Shown here: piece by piece, positions 27,965 to 39,705 of the stretch
How the letters are laid out: each line of letters starts with the position of its first letter
Position numbering within the stretch: position 1 is the first letter of the stretch
Origin: Verrucomicrobiota bacterium
GTDB lineage: Bacteria; Verrucomicrobiota; Verrucomicrobiia; Limisphaerales; AAA164-E04
Assembly (NCBI GenBank): GCA_047947115.1
Contig: CP170459.1
Span: 4,320,001-4,384,000 of the forward strand
Direction: 5' to 3'
DNA length: 64,000 nt
Notes under the pieces: generated by a model
Told to the model about the DNA's origin: nothing
The model's database searches: none
What the model saw: only the letters and a program-made list of their open reading frames with translations
Made by a program: the position numbers and the translations under genes

Positions 27965-29797
27965 CTAACCCAAGCCCTTTTCGTATCCGATCAATGTCTG
28001 CAACTCTTTGATGTGCTGGCTCCCGATTTCTCGAGGCTCCTTGCCATATTTCTTGCAAAGGGAGGCGGCATAGCCGGTCGCAATCCCCATTTGACCGCAG
28101 GTATTCATCACACGAGGTCCGGCCAGTCCAATATGGGAACAACTGAAACAACGACCCGCCATCATCATGTTGGTGATATCCCGGGAATACATGCTGCGGA
28201 ACGGCAGGTAATAGGTTCCTCCCGGATTGCGGAAAAGAGCCTTTGATAAAAAGTCCTGCTTGGAACCGGTAAGTTTCAACTGGTAATGCGAATCCACACT
28301 GCGTGTTTCCTCAGCCACAGTATCAGGAAAGGTTCGACGCTCCGTCATATCTTTCATCGTGTAAAGGTAGTCCCCCATGATTCGACGTGACTCACGCTTT
28401 CCGGCAATGTGGGCCACCCACTTCAATTGCACGGTGGCGTTCTTTGGGTGCCTTTTGGCATTTGAAAACGAACCATAGATGGCACGCAACACATGATCCC
28501 GAATCTTCTCGGCATCGTGGATCTGATGCAGATCGTTGTCGGAATACTCCCAATACCATTCTCCCTGAATGGCTTCGTGGCCATTGGCCACCGGGAGCGC
28601 CCAGGGTACCTGGGGAAAGGTGGAACGCTCATTGGTGCGTTCGGTGTTCCAAAGAACACTGGATCCCATCACGCGGTCATCCGCTTTCTCAGGACTCCAA
28701 AGATCACCATGAGGATCCCAGCTTTCTTCGTAGTCGTGTCGTGACTCACGCCCGTAACGACACTCGGCGCCCGCCCAGAAACCCAACCATCCGTCACCGG
28801 TGGCATCGATGAAAACAGGAGCCTTGAAGCGCCGGATGATTCCTGATATGACCTCGCGCGCCTCGACACTGGCAATGGTGTCACCATCCTTTTCGAGCCC
28901 GATGGCGATATGATTGGCAAATCGCCGCACCCCGGATGCGGACATTGCCTTGTCACGTTTGCCCTGATCCTTGATGGCATCCGCGTCACCGTTAGGATAG
29001 TGTTCGGTATCGATCTGTTTGAGAATACCTTCACCCTTACCGTGGATTCCCTCCGTATGCACACGAATCTCGTGACTGGCGTTTCCGCCAAAAACCGGAC
29101 GATCCTGAATCAGAGCCACATTCAATCCCTGAGAACGAGCGGACAAAGCAGCCGCACACCCAGAAATCCCTCCACCGACCACCACCAGATCAAATTCCTG
29201 TTCCTCAACATCCAGTTGATCCCGACCTGTCAGCTTGTCCTTCCAGGCGGCCAATTCCACGAGATCATCATTAGGCAGACGGGGAGCATGCTGTTGCGTA
29301 AAATAAACGGCATCGCAACGACCGTCGAACCCGGTGAGGTCTTCCAACTCAACACTCACATCTCCGGCACGCTCAACTTCGATGCTTCCGCCTTGCTGCC
29401 AATGCCAGGATTCATTGGCGGCACCGAATACAGGCTGCAGGACAGTGCCGTTCACATGGACGCGAAACCTGCCTGGAGATTGCCATTCCCCGGGGCACCA
29501 GTCACGGGTTCGAACAAACACATGCCACTTGCCAGCCTTTGGCAACGTGACCGTGGTCTGGGCATTCTCAACCGGCATTCCCATGCCGTGGGCCAACAGG
29601 TATGAACCGCCCATTTGCTGGTAATGTTGAGTGTCCAGCTTCCAGCCACCATCCTTTTCAAAAGACGCAGCTTCGGCCAAAACGCCGTCCGCATCAAAAG
29701 CGTCCACGGAAGCTCCAAAAGCATACCTCGGCGCCAAAACGGAAGACAAGCCAACGCCGCCCACAACACGGATAAATGATCTACGGTTCATATGCAT
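27965..29797 (-). CDS. Tat-exported FAD-dependent oxidoreductase
   Basis: MNRRSFIR twin-Arg; VVGGGISG, IDATGDG, KRESRRIMG, MMAGRCFS, RVMNTCGQMG. Confidence 0.88.
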   Translation of the reverse strand: MHMNRRSFIRVVGGVGLSSVLAPRYAFGASVDAFDADGVLAEAASFEKDGGWKLDTQHYQQMGGSYLLAHGMGMPVENAQTTVTLPKAGKWHVFVRTRDWCPGEWQSPGRFRVHVNGTVLQPVFGAANESWHWQQGGSIEVERAGDVSVELEDLTGFDGRCDAVYFTQQHAPRLPNDDLVELAAWKDKLTGRDQLDVEEQEFDLVVVGGGISGCAAALSARSQGLNVALIQDRPVFGGNASHEIRVHTEGIHGKGEGILKQIDTEHYPNGDADAIKDQGKRDKAMSASGVRRFANHIAIGLEKDGDTIASVEAREVISGIIRRFKAPVFIDATGDGWLGFWAGAECRYGRESRHDYEESWDPHGDLWSPEKADDRVMGSSVLWNTERTNERSTFPQVPWALPVANGHEAIQGEWYWEYSDNDLHQIHDAEKIRDHVLRAIYGSFSNAKRHPKNATVQLKWVAHIAGKRESRRIMGDYLYTMKDMTERRTFPDTVAEETRSVDSHYQLKLTGSKQDFLSKALFRNPGGTYYLPFRSMYSRDITNMMMAGRCFSCSHIGLAGPRVMNTCGQMGIATGYAASLCKKYGKEPREIGSQHIKELQTLIGYEKGLG

Positions 29798-29912
29798 GGT
29801 GAAAGCGATTATACGCAACAACCGCCCCCTGCCCAGTGGAAAAATTCAACAGCCACCATTCTCTGTTTCCCCCGGCTGGACATGTCACAAGTATGTATTC
29901 TATTTTTGAATC

Positions 29913-31259
29913 ATGAGATCACATTTTCATTTGATCTGGCATTGCTTTGCCTTTTTGTTTGCGGTTCTACTCGACACCAACGCCGGGCACCCCATCCAGG
30001 CAGACAGACCAAACGTCGTGCTGATCATGGCTGATGACCTCGGTTTCCATGACCTCGGTTGTTATGGACATCCGGAAATCAAAACGCCTGCCCTTGACGG
30101 ACTCGCCAAAACCGGTGTCCGGCTCACCAGTTTTTACAGCGGTGCCACGGTTTGCACTCCATCAAGAATGGCCCTTCTTACAGGCGCTTACCCTCCCCGG
30201 CTGGGTTGGACAAAAGGCGTGGTGGGTTACATGATCAAGATTAGTCAGGGCATGTCTCCTGAGGCATTGACCATGGCGGAAGTGTTTAAATCCGCTGGTT
30301 ATGCAACGGGTCTCTCAGGCAAATGGCACCTTGGCGATGATGAAGCATTTCGTCCGCATCGACAGGGATTTGACCGCACCTACTATGCCAACAAAAGCAA
30401 CAACCAAACCACTCAGCTCTGGTGGAATGACGCAGTGGTTGAAGATCCATTTGACAACCGGCTCCTGACCGAACAATTCACACACGAAGCCATCCGCTTC
30501 ATTGAAGACAACCGTCACAAGCCATTTTTCCTCTACCTGCCTTACACCGCCCCACATTTCCCGGTACAAGCTCACCCAGCTTTCGAGGGACATTCGACAT
30601 TTGGCGCTTATGGGGATGTAGTGGAAGAACTGGATACCCGAATTGACAGCATACTCGACAAACTGAGAGAAACCGGTCTAAGCAGCAAAACCATCTTGGT
30701 CTTTCTCTCCGACAACGGCCCGCAACCCGGTGAACAAGCACGGGCCAAACCCTTTCGCGGAAAAAAATGGGACGCCCTCGAAGGAGGCACACGGGTTCCG
30801 TGCATCGTTTCATGGCCAGGCGTGTTGCCTGCGGGAACGGAATCGGATGCCTTGATGGCAGCGATCGACTTGTTTCCCACCCTGAGCAGGGCTTGCGGGG
30901 TGAAGTTGGCAGGCTTGACGCACAACATGCCTTACATCGACGGAGTCGACGTCTGGGATACATTGATGGGGCGAAAGCACGTGGAACATCCGCGAAAGCA
31001 TCTCCTCTATTGGCATGGAGCCAATGGATTTCAAGCCATTCGCCAGGGAGACTGGAAACTGTTCCCCGATGCGACCCATGCAAAATTGCCAGGAGCACAA
31101 AGGGGACCTGCATTGTTCCATTTAAAAACAGACCCCGCCGAAACCAACAACCTGGCATCCAAACATCCCGATCGGGTGGACCAAATGCAAACCCTGGCCC
31201 AACAAAGACTGAAGGGGATCATGGAACACCAACTCCCTCTCGGGGAATCACTTCCCTGA
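29913..31259 (+). CDS. Cys-type (formylglycine-dependent) sulfatase
   Basis: IMADDLG, CTPSR, GKWHLG, SDNG, EGGTRVP. Confidence 0.95.
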   Translation: MRSHFHLIWHCFAFLFAVLLDTNAGHPIQADRPNVVLIMADDLGFHDLGCYGHPEIKTPALDGLAKTGVRLTSFYSGATVCTPSRMALLTGAYPPRLGWTKGVVGYMIKISQGMSPEALTMAEVFKSAGYATGLSGKWHLGDDEAFRPHRQGFDRTYYANKSNNQTTQLWWNDAVVEDPFDNRLLTEQFTHEAIRFIEDNRHKPFFLYLPYTAPHFPVQAHPAFEGHSTFGAYGDVVEELDTRIDSILDKLRETGLSSKTILVFLSDNGPQPGEQARAKPFRGKKWDALEGGTRVPCIVSWPGVLPAGTESDALMAAIDLFPTLSRACGVKLAGLTHNMPYIDGVDVWDTLMGRKHVEHPRKHLLYWHGANGFQAIRQGDWKLFPDATHAKLPGAQRGPALFHLKTDPAETNNLASKHPDRVDQMQTLAQQRLKGIMEHQLPLGESLP

Positions 31260-31334
31260 CCGGACACAGAAGACGGATTGACATCATTACAGGGAAGCTT
31301 ACGTTTTCATCCATCGTCTTAAGGAGCACAACAC

Positions 31335-31907
31335 ATGAATACCATTCGATCATTCAACTATTGGGCCATCGCACTGGTTGCGGGCATTTGTATCGCCACT
31401 TTCAATCAGGCGGAAGCCGCCAAGTTTGGCTTTGGCAAAAAGAAGGACAAACCATCGATGGAAGAGCAGATCAAAGCTACCATCGAGCGCTTCAAAGAAA
31501 AGGATCCCAGTCTGGAAAAACGATTCAAGGAATCGGTGGGTTACGCGATTTTCCCAAAGGTTTACAAAGGGGGCATCGGCATTGGCGGAGCCATCGGTGA
31601 CGGTCAGGTCATCGAAAAAGGCAAACACGTCGGCGACACTTCACTCAAACAGGCCACCATAGGATTTCAGTTGGGCGGACAAGCTTACAGTGAAGTCATC
31701 TTCTTCCACGATCAGGAAGCATTGGATACATTCAAATCCGGCAATTTCGAATTCGGCGCACAAGTTTCCGCTGTCGCAGCCAATGCCGGAGCCTCGGACG
31801 ACGCCTCTTTCGATCAGGGCATGATGGTCTTCACAGTTGAAATCGGAGGATTGATGTACGAGGCCACGGTCGGCGGCCAGAAATTCTCTTACAAGGAAGC
31901 CAAATAA
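31335..31907 (+). CDS. YSC84/SYLF lipid-binding domain secreted protein
   Basis: GYAIFPKVYKGGIGIGGA, IGFQLGGQ, GGLMYEATVGGQKF. Confidence 0.85.
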   Translation: MNTIRSFNYWAIALVAGICIATFNQAEAAKFGFGKKKDKPSMEEQIKATIERFKEKDPSLEKRFKESVGYAIFPKVYKGGIGIGGAIGDGQVIEKGKHVGDTSLKQATIGFQLGGQAYSEVIFFHDQEALDTFKSGNFEFGAQVSAVAANAGASDDASFDQGMMVFTVEIGGLMYEATVGGQKFSYKEAK

Positions 31908-31957
31908 TCCCGGGTTTTCAACTTGTCCTATGGGTGGCTTTGCCGAATGATAGACAC

Positions 31958-34798
31958 ATGCATCATCCTGGCTCCGATCCCATCAAATCGACCACGCTCT
32001 TCTCAAAAGAGTCGCTGAATCGACTGGGCCTTTGGACGTTTTCTTTCCTACTCACCGTTTCTTCCTTTTACCGGGGGGAAGCGGTTAATTTTTCAACCGA
32101 TGTCATCCCCATCCTGGAGAGGCATTGCTACGAGTGCCACAACGAAAAAAAATCAAAAGCCTCCCTGAGGTTGGACATCACTGATGGATGGAGCCTGGGA
32201 GGTGATTCCGGCGAACCTTTGATACGGGCCGGTCAACCCGGATCAAGCCTGCTGATTCAACGTATCACCCACTCCGATCCATCTGAACGAATGCCGCCCG
32301 AAAGAGAGGGTTTATCCTCAAACGAAATCGAAACCATCCAGGGATGGATCAGGGACGGTGCTTCACTGCCTAAGGGCGGGGCTTCCGAAAATTCCTTTTA
32401 CCAAACCGACCACTGGGCCTTCCAGCCCATCCAACGACCGGACGTTCCATCGGCCTCATCCAAAAGCACACAACACCCCATCGACGCTTTTATCGCCGCC
32501 CGTCAGGAGGACATGGAGCTTTCCTTTTCGGAGGAAGCAGACCGTTTCTCCTTGCTGAGACGCTTATCCCTGCTCATGAAGGGCATCCCCCCCACACCCG
32601 AAGAACTTCTGCGTTTCCAAACCGATCGCGATCCCTTCGCCTGGGACAGATGGGTGGACATGACCTTGTCCCATCCTCAATATGGTGAAAAGTGGGCGCG
32701 ACATTGGCTGGATGTCGTGCGCTATGCCGATTCCAACGGGTTCGAAACCAACCGGGAACGCAAAACCGCATGGCATTACAGGGACTATGTCATCAACGCC
32801 TTCAATACCGACAAACCATATGACCGGTTTGTCCACGAACAATTGGCCGGCGATTTTTTCGGTGAGGAAGCGGCAACGGGATTCCTCGTCGCCGGCCCTG
32901 TGGACATTGTCAAAAGTCCGGACATCAGCCTCACACTCATGCAGCGTCAAAATGAGCTGGACGACATGATCAACACCACCAGCACGGCTTTTCTGGGTTT
33001 AACGGTGGGTTGTGCCCGCTGTCACACTCACAAATTTGACCCCATTCATCAGAAGGAGTATTACGGGCTTCAAGCCATTTTTGCAGGTGTTGAGCATGGA
33101 GAACGACCTTTGCAGAAAAACCTGCCAGCCGATCAGAAAAGAAAGATCGAGGAATTGCAATCTCAGTTGGCCGACCTCGAAAGAGAGATCAACCGATGGA
33201 AGGAGAAATCCACCACCTCCGTCAAAACGGTCCAGGCGGGCACACGCCCCCCTGTCAATGCCCGGCTGAATGAAGAGACCTTTGAACCCGTGGATGCACA
33301 AGCCGTCCGTTTCACCGTCCTGGCAAGCACCTCCGGCGAACCATGCATGGATGAACTGGAAATCTACGATCTCATGGATCTCAATGTTGCATTGAGTTCA
33401 CTCGGGACCACAGCATCCGCGTCAGGCACTCTTCCCGGCTATGCGATTCATCAATTGAAACACATCCATGATGGAAAACATGGGAATCAACATAGCTGGA
33501 TCTCCAACAGTGCCGGATCCGGCTGGGTTCAAATTGACTTCCCCTCCACCCGGACGATCCAAAAAATCATCTGGAGCCGGGATCGAAACGAAGAGTTCAC
33601 GGATCGCCTGCCCACACGTTACTTCATTGAAGCTAAAACTCCGGCCAGCGATTGGATCCGAATCGCCGATTCTGAAAACCGAATGCCCCACAACGGAAAA
33701 CCCGATCCCAACGCATTTCTCAGTCTCCTATCCAAAGAGGACAGAGATCAGGCTGAAAGTTTGCTCCGCCAGCATGAAGAACTGAAATCAAACATCCAAC
33801 GGGTTTCCAGAACTGAAATGATCTGGGCAGGAAATTTCAATCAGCCGGAACCCACCCACCGCCTTTATCGTGGTGATCCCATGCAGAAACGGGAAGCAGT
33901 CCCTCCCGGCACGCTTCAGGTCATCCGGCCTGTATCCATGGCGAGCAACGAACCGGAACAAACACGAAGGGTCAAATTGGCGGAATGGATCACGGCTCAT
34001 GACAATCCGCTTACAGCGCGGGTCATGGTCAACCGCATCTGGCATTATGTATTCGGCCGGGGCATTGTGGGCACTCCAAGTGATTTTGGTGCAAACGGAC
34101 TTACCCCCACCCATCCGGAACTTCTGGACTGGTTGGCAGACGAGTTCATTCGAAGCGGCTGGTCGGTAAAACACATCCAACGACTTATCCTCACCTCCCA
34201 CACCTTCCGTCAATCCAGCCAACCCAATGCAACAGGACTGGCAAAGGACGCTGAGGGGCTGTATCTCTGGCGGTTTACCCCCAGACGTCTGTCCGCCGAA
34301 CCTATTCGTGACAGCATCCTTGCCACATCGGGCGTCTTGGATCCGCGCATGGGCGGCCCCGGGTTCTACCTGCTCGATGTGCAGGTTGACAATGTGATGC
34401 ATTACTTTCCAAAAGAAACCTTCGGCCCTCCGGAATTCCGTCGAATGGTTTACATGTCACGCATCCGTCAGGAACAGGACGCCATCTTCGGAGCGTTCGA
34501 TTGTCCGGACGGCAATCAGGTCATCCCAAACCGTTCAAGATCCAATACACCGATCCAGGCGCTTAATTTGTTCAACAGCCCCTTTATCCAACAACAATCA
34601 AACATCCTCGCCGAGCGACTCCGGGCAGCCTGCGGTGAGGAGATGAACGATCAAATCTCACAGGCCTTTTTGTTGCTGCATGCGAAAATGCCGGACGAGA
34701 TTGAGATTCAGATGTCCAAAGATTTGATCCAATCCGAAGGACTCGAATCCTTCTGTCGCGCACTTTACAATTCCAGTCGATTCCTCTTTGTCTTTTAA
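31958..34798 (+). CDS. planctomycete cytochrome c + DUF1549/DUF1553 protein with discoidin-like insert
   Basis: [59 protein letters not shown]. Confidence 0.9.
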   Translation: MHHPGSDPIKSTTLFSKESLNRLGLWTFSFLLTVSSFYRGEAVNFSTDVIPILERHCYECHNEKKSKASLRLDITDGWSLGGDSGEPLIRAGQPGSSLLIQRITHSDPSERMPPEREGLSSNEIETIQGWIRDGASLPKGGASENSFYQTDHWAFQPIQRPDVPSASSKSTQHPIDAFIAARQEDMELSFSEEADRFSLLRRLSLLMKGIPPTPEELLRFQTDRDPFAWDRWVDMTLSHPQYGEKWARHWLDVVRYADSNGFETNRERKTAWHYRDYVINAFNTDKPYDRFVHEQLAGDFFGEEAATGFLVAGPVDIVKSPDISLTLMQRQNELDDMINTTSTAFLGLTVGCARCHTHKFDPIHQKEYYGLQAIFAGVEHGERPLQKNLPADQKRKIEELQSQLADLEREINRWKEKSTTSVKTVQAGTRPPVNARLNEETFEPVDAQAVRFTVLASTSGEPCMDELEIYDLMDLNVALSSLGTTASASGTLPGYAIHQLKHIHDGKHGNQHSWISNSAGSGWVQIDFPSTRTIQKIIWSRDRNEEFTDRLPTRYFIEAKTPASDWIRIADSENRMPHNGKPDPNAFLSLLSKEDRDQAESLLRQHEELKSNIQRVSRTEMIWAGNFNQPEPTHRLYRGDPMQKREAVPPGTLQVIRPVSMASNEPEQTRRVKLAEWITAHDNPLTARVMVNRIWHYVFGRGIVGTPSDFGANGLTPTHPELLDWLADEFIRSGWSVKHIQRLILTSHTFRQSSQPNATGLAKDAEGLYLWRFTPRRLSAEPIRDSILATSGVLDPRMGGPGFYLLDVQVDNVMHYFPKETFGPPEFRRMVYMSRIRQEQDAIFGAFDCPDGNQVIPNRSRSNTPIQALNLFNSPFIQQQSNILAERLRAACGEEMNDQISQAFLLLHAKMPDEIEIQMSKDLIQSEGLESFCRALYNSSRFLFVF

Positions 34799-34809
34799 AC
34801 CATCCGGTC

Positions 34810-36321
34810 ATGAAGCGATTACCTAGAAAACTCCATCCATTATTGGATCGCCGTCAGTTCCTCTCACACAGCGGCACGGCATTGAGCGGCATGGCGCTGA
34901 CCCACCTGCTTCGCAGGGACGGTCTGCTGGCGGCTGGAAACGACGTGCTCAGCGGAAAAGTTTCCCCACTGCGCCCCGGCATCGATCCGGCTCACCCGAA
35001 CGCCCCACGCCATCCACATTTTCCAGCCCGGGCCAGGCAGGTGCTTATGATCTTTTGTTCCGGCGCCGTCAGTCAACTGGACACCTTTGATTACAAACCG
35101 GAACTCTGGCGTCGACACGGACAACCCATGCCAGGCGGCAAAGACCTCATCACCTTTCAAGGCGAACAAGGCGACCTTGCCAAAAGTCCATGGACCTTTC
35201 GCCCGCGAGGACAAAGCGGGAAAATGATTTCTGATCTTGTGCCTCGTCTCGGTGGAATGGCGGATGATCTATGCTTCATCCATTCCCTGACCAGCGAAAC
35301 CAACACGCACGGACCCGGCGAAAACTTCATGTGCACCGGGTTCACTCTGGATGGATTCCCAAGCATCGGAGCCTGGACAACCTATGCCCTGGGGAGCGAA
35401 ACCGAATCTCTTCCTGCTTACGTGGCCATTCCAGATCCGAGAGGCACCCCGCAATCCAGCGTCAATTGCTGGGGCCCCGGTTTTCTGCCCGCCGCCTTTC
35501 AAGGAACGGACTTCAATGCCACCAACCCACTGCGCAACCTGCATCCGCCCGCAGGGATCACACCGAAACAGGATCTCAGAACACGTTCTTTTCTGACAAA
35601 ACTGAACCGCCACCAGATGCAGGAATATCCTGGTGACAGTGAACTGGCGGCGCGCATCTCCAGCTACGAACTGGCGGCAAGCATGCAGTTATCGGTCCCG
35701 GAAATCAGCGATCTCTCCGCAGAACCCCGGCACATCCTCAAAATGTATGGAGCCGACGCCGCCGGCAACAGCACTCAAGACCTCAAGGCTGCGTATGCCA
35801 GGAACTGCATCCTTGCCCGTCGACTGGTGGAAAAGGGAGTCCGCTTCGTTCAACTCTTCAACGGAGCATACCAGACCGGAGGTGAAGGCGTCAGCAACTG
35901 GGACGGTCATAAAGCCCTTGAAAAACAATACAAAATCCATGGCGAAATCCTCGATCAACCCACCGCCGCCCTGCTGACCGACCTGAAACAACGGGGCTTG
36001 CTCGAGAATACCCTGGTAGTCTGGTGCACGGAATTCGGACGCATGCCGACCTTTCAAAAGGGAGCCAGCGGACGTGATCACAACCCGAAAGGATTCACCG
36101 CCTTCATGACCGGAGCAGGCGTCAAAGCCCCCTTCAGCTACGGAGCCACCGACCCATTCGGTTATCAAGCGGTCGAAAACGTGGTCACCACCCATGATTT
36201 CCACGCCACCCTCCTGCACCTCCTTGGACTCGACCACGAGCGCCTGAGTTACTATCACAACGGTATCGAACGCCGCCTCACCAATGTGGAAGGTCGGGTG
36301 ATCACGGATGTGCTGGGGTAA
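34810..36321 (+). CDS. DUF1501 protein (Tat signal)
   Basis: [40 protein letters not shown]. Confidence 0.9.
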   Translation: MKRLPRKLHPLLDRRQFLSHSGTALSGMALTHLLRRDGLLAAGNDVLSGKVSPLRPGIDPAHPNAPRHPHFPARARQVLMIFCSGAVSQLDTFDYKPELWRRHGQPMPGGKDLITFQGEQGDLAKSPWTFRPRGQSGKMISDLVPRLGGMADDLCFIHSLTSETNTHGPGENFMCTGFTLDGFPSIGAWTTYALGSETESLPAYVAIPDPRGTPQSSVNCWGPGFLPAAFQGTDFNATNPLRNLHPPAGITPKQDLRTRSFLTKLNRHQMQEYPGDSELAARISSYELAASMQLSVPEISDLSAEPRHILKMYGADAAGNSTQDLKAAYARNCILARRLVEKGVRFVQLFNGAYQTGGEGVSNWDGHKALEKQYKIHGEILDQPTAALLTDLKQRGLLENTLVVWCTEFGRMPTFQKGASGRDHNPKGFTAFMTGAGVKAPFSYGATDPFGYQAVENVVTTHDFHATLLHLLGLDHERLSYYHNGIERRLTNVEGRVITDVLG

Positions 36322-36512
36322 AGCTTCCTTGAGTGTACTTCCAGTTCCTTGCACGCAGATAAGCCAGGTTTGAAAGGAATCCATGGAATGTTTCTGATCG
36401 GAATACCCCAAAAAACTCGCCATCCAGCCCCCTAAAAAGACATTGATTTTAAAATCACTATTTTTCCCCTTGCCTAAGGAGCCTGAATCCTTTACGAATC
36501 CCTTCCTTCCGC

Positions 36513-36600
36513 GCGGCTATGGCGGAATTGGCAGACGCGCTACCTTGAGGTGGTAGTGGGATAATATCCCGTAGAGGTTCAAGTCCTCTTAGCCGCACCA
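36513..36600 (+). tRNA. tRNA-Leu(GAG)
   Basis: Acceptor GCGGCTA/TAGCCGC + ACCA; anticodon arm CTACC-TTGAGGT-GGTAG; long variable arm; GTTCAAGTC T-loop. Confidence 0.97.
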
Positions 36601-36627
36601 TTATTTTTACAACCAATCAGTGCTGAA

Positions 36628-37221
36628 TCATTCGACGAGCGTCCAAGGGCCGTCAGTGTTGTCAGATACTTCCAGAGAGCCGTAAAACCTGACCCCTATC
36701 GCCCCATCCCCCGTGGCAACGATTTCCAATTGATCGGCACGGTAAAATTTGGCTGATTCTTGTTGGTTGATGGTTATCCACTTGTCTGTTTGCACCGGCC
36801 ATGTCCTTTCCGGTTGTGGAAGTTCTATATCAAGCTTATGGTCGATGGTAATGGGTGGCAAATAGGCTGCGGGACTCGGCGGAACCCCTGATCCGCCCAA
36901 GGTTATATCGAATGGATCAGAAAAAATGACGGCTTCCGGCATGGCCAAATACACCACGCCAAGCTTCAGTCTGACTCTTCCCTGGTAACCGTCCAGCACC
37001 TGACCTCCTCCCGAGAAAACTCCACTACCGAGAATCTTAACTGACTGACTGATGCGTTCTCCGTCCAAATTTGCGATGAAAACGACCGCTTCACCACCTG
37101 CAACCGGAACTCCGTCGAGCAATATCTGCCCTCTGCCTATATTGCTCATGAAAACGGTTCCTTGACCATACAACTGAGGTAGAATTCCCAGTAACAAGAA
37201 TAATTTGATAATATTTTTCAT
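36628..37221 (-). CDS. secreted hypothetical protein
   Basis: Signal peptide; Gly/Pro-rich beta domain; C-terminal KFYRA and GSLEVSD..GPW motifs. Confidence 0.7.
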   Translation of the reverse strand: MKNIIKLFLLLGILPQLYGQGTVFMSNIGRGQILLDGVPVAGGEAVVFIANLDGERISQSVKILGSGVFSGGGQVLDGYQGRVRLKLGVVYLAMPEAVIFSDPFDITLGGSGVPPSPAAYLPPITIDHKLDIELPQPERTWPVQTDKWITINQQESAKFYRADQLEIVATGDGAIGVRFYGSLEVSDNTDGPWTLVE

Positions 37222-37466
37222 GTAAGTCCTTGGTTAATAGATTGATCTTTCATGCGGCAAGCCGTTGATTGAAACGATAACGAAACTTTGGGTGTCCATT
37301 TTTTTGCTCATAACGTGTATTCCCATAGTACAATGCGTAAAAAAGCCCATGTTGAGGTCATTTTTCATAAAAAAATACACCCACAGGAGAAGAAAATGAC
37401 AACAACAAGGGATCGGTTACAGAAATTTCGGTTGCAATTGAGGCAATTCATGGCACGCATCCAGTC

Positions 37467-38075
37467 ATGATGAAGTGGAATATCAAGGCGACGGTATGGG
37501 GCCTTCTCGGACTGATGGTCAACCTTCAGACAGCTCTGGGCGTCGACCTCAACAATGATCAACCTGCGATGAGAAAAGAACTTTCAATGGATTTCCAGGG
37601 TGCAACTGCTGCGGAAAGCTGGATAACGGTCAATGACAATGTCATGGGAGGTCGTTCGATCGGTGGCTTCAGGATCGAGAACGAAAAACTTGTTTTCTCA
37701 GGGCGGACCAATACGAATGGTGGTGGCTTCTCCTCGATCCGCACCAAGCCCTTGACGACTGAACTTGCAGATTCCGGCTCGTTTCGAATCCGATGCAAGG
37801 GCGACGGTAGAACTTACCGTTTTTCGGTGAGGACGCCTGCCAGATATGCCAACATTCAGGTCGCATATTACGCGACTTTTGAAACAATCAAGGATGAATG
37901 GATCGAAGCAACCCTCCCTTTGGAATCCTTTTATCCATCCGTTCGAGGCATGGATGTCAGCAAAATAGCCCCTGCTCTCCGGCCCGAGGATATCGAATCC
38001 ATAGGCATCATGATTTATGATAAAAAAGATGGTCCGTTCAAGTTGGAGGTGGATTGGATCCGATCTGATGTGTGA
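37467..38075 (+). CDS. CIA30/NDUFAF1 family protein
   Basis: WITVNDNVMGGRS, NGGGFSSIR, KGDGRTY, DKKDGPFKLEVDWI. Confidence 0.88.
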   Translation: MMKWNIKATVWGLLGLMVNLQTALGVDLNNDQPAMRKELSMDFQGATAAESWITVNDNVMGGRSIGGFRIENEKLVFSGRTNTNGGGFSSIRTKPLTTELADSGSFRIRCKGDGRTYRFSVRTPARYANIQVAYYATFETIKDEWIEATLPLESFYPSVRGMDVSKIAPALRPEDIESIGIMIYDKKDGPFKLEVDWIRSDV

Positions 38076-38325
38076 AGCTTGACCGGATACCCGTTTTGCC
38101 CTCCCTCAGCCTGTCTCCTCAAGAAGACGCTGCGGCCTTTGGACCTGGTCCGGATGCGGTCCAGAACAAACTCCCTGGAGGTGTAAATTGGTAACTGGAA
38201 CGAGGTCATCGTTCTTCCCAGGTTGTAAAAAGCCTTCTTTTATGAGTTCAGGAAAGTATCCACCATACATCATCTCCGGCCTCAAAATGGTTTCACATGT
38301 TTATATTGAAGCATCCTAAATGGAA

Positions 38326-39705
38326 TCAACATACGTATTTGATACGCTTTTGAATATCCGTGTTGATGGAGTGGTAGGGCAAAGTCAGATTACAGTGTGA
38401 GAAAGTCGAAAGCCGCTGGTATTCCAGATCATCCTGTCCCAAGGCATTTGCAAAAATGGGCTTAAGATATTCACGCCCCAGGTCGGAGGGTTTCATTTTG
38501 GAGGGATTGTAAAAGGATGGGTGCATTTTTCGGGCATGGATATGGCCCCAACGATCTCGAAACCCGTTGGCATCATGACTGTCCACCCAGAACCCCTGTC
38601 TGGAATTCCATTGAAGCGTGGCCACCACATTGGTTCTTCCTTCAACAAGAACTTCCAGGGCTTTGGCTCCAAGCTGGGCTCCATAGAACCGGTCAAACAA
38701 CAGAGGTCTCCCTCCGCGCTGAGTATGGCCAACTTTGCGGGTGAAAATGGCCTCAGTAGCTGAATTGCCCCGCCGGTACGACGTGAAATACTCATCTCCA
38801 ATACGTTCAATCAACAACTGCCTCAAAGCCTCGGATGCTCCCGTTAAAACCTTGTTGCCAGCCGGGTCTGTCGAGCTGATTTCAGCCCCCAAATCCCTGC
38901 CGGAAGCATCCACGATTCCCTCGCCGCAGACGATGACAACATTCTTTTGTAAATCGTACAGGTCTTTGATCTGTTCCACCAGCAAGTCCAGATTCAACGG
39001 ACTTTCAGGTACAAGAACAATGTCCGGCTGACCATAGGTGGACCCCAGGGCAATGTATCCGGAATGTCTGCCCATGACTTCAATGATGGCTATTCTCCTG
39101 TGACTTTCAGCCGTGGTGCGTATGCGCTGGATCCCCTGCACTGCCACAAAAACGGCTGTTGTGTATCCCGGCGTGACATAATTTACCATGTAATCCAACA
39201 AAAAATCAGCCCCCCCGGTTTTCATCCGATAGTCAAAACCACTCTTGTCGTGACGCTGGGTCCGGATGTAATGGTCCGGTTCACTTCGATAGTTCAATCC
39301 AAGATCATTATCGATGGTCTTGGGCGCCAGTACCACCGGAAGGCGGTCTGCCAATGGCTGCAGACCATTCAATGTTCCATCGCCTCCGATACAAATGAGC
39401 CCTTCGATGCGCAGATCCCTCAAGCGCTGCTCGATGAGCTCCAGGGTCTCCGTTTGATTCGGGTCCACATAGTCTCTGGATGAACCCAAAATGGTCCCGC
39501 CCTTGGCTGGATCCAATTCCGGGATCTCCTGAAACAAAGGATTCAGGACGACATGCGGCAGACGCTGGTTATAGAGACTGTTGTATCCCTTGATCAATCC
39601 GACGACTTCTATGTTAAGCTGATTTGCCCGCTCCACAGCACCATGAATAGTTGCGTTCAAAGCCGGGGTATCACCGCCCGCTGTCAAAATTCCAATGCGC
39701 TTCAT
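38326..39705 (-). CDS. pfkA: 6-phosphofructokinase family protein
   Basis: TAGGDTPALN, GGTILGSSR, IGGDGT, PKTIDND, EVMGRHSG, GHTQRGG. Confidence 0.88.
   Translation of the reverse strand: MKRIGILTAGGDTPALNATIHGAVERANQLNIEVVGLIKGYNSLYNQRLPHVVLNPLFQEIPELDPAKGGTILGSSRDYVDPNQTETLELIEQRLRDLRIEGLICIGGDGTLNGLQPLADRLPVVLAPKTIDNDLGLNYRSEPDHYIRTQRHDKSGFDYRMKTGGADFLLDYMVNYVTPGYTTAVFVAVQGIQRIRTTAESHRRIAIIEVMGRHSGYIALGSTYGQPDIVLVPESPLNLDLLVEQIKDLYDLQKNVVIVCGEGIVDASGRDLGAEISSTDPAGNKVLTGASEALRQLLIERIGDEYFTSYRRGNSATEAIFTRKVGHTQRGGRPLLFDRFYGAQLGAKALEVLVEGRTNVVATLQWNSRQGFWVDSHDANGFRDRWGHIHARKMHPSFYNPSKMKPSDLGREYLKPIFANALGQDDLEYQRLSTFSHCNLTLPYHSINTDIQKRIKYVC

Noticed and set aside
36600..38300. Genomic island integrated at tRNA-Leu
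   Set aside because: No integrase and no duplicated tRNA 3' end seen in the window
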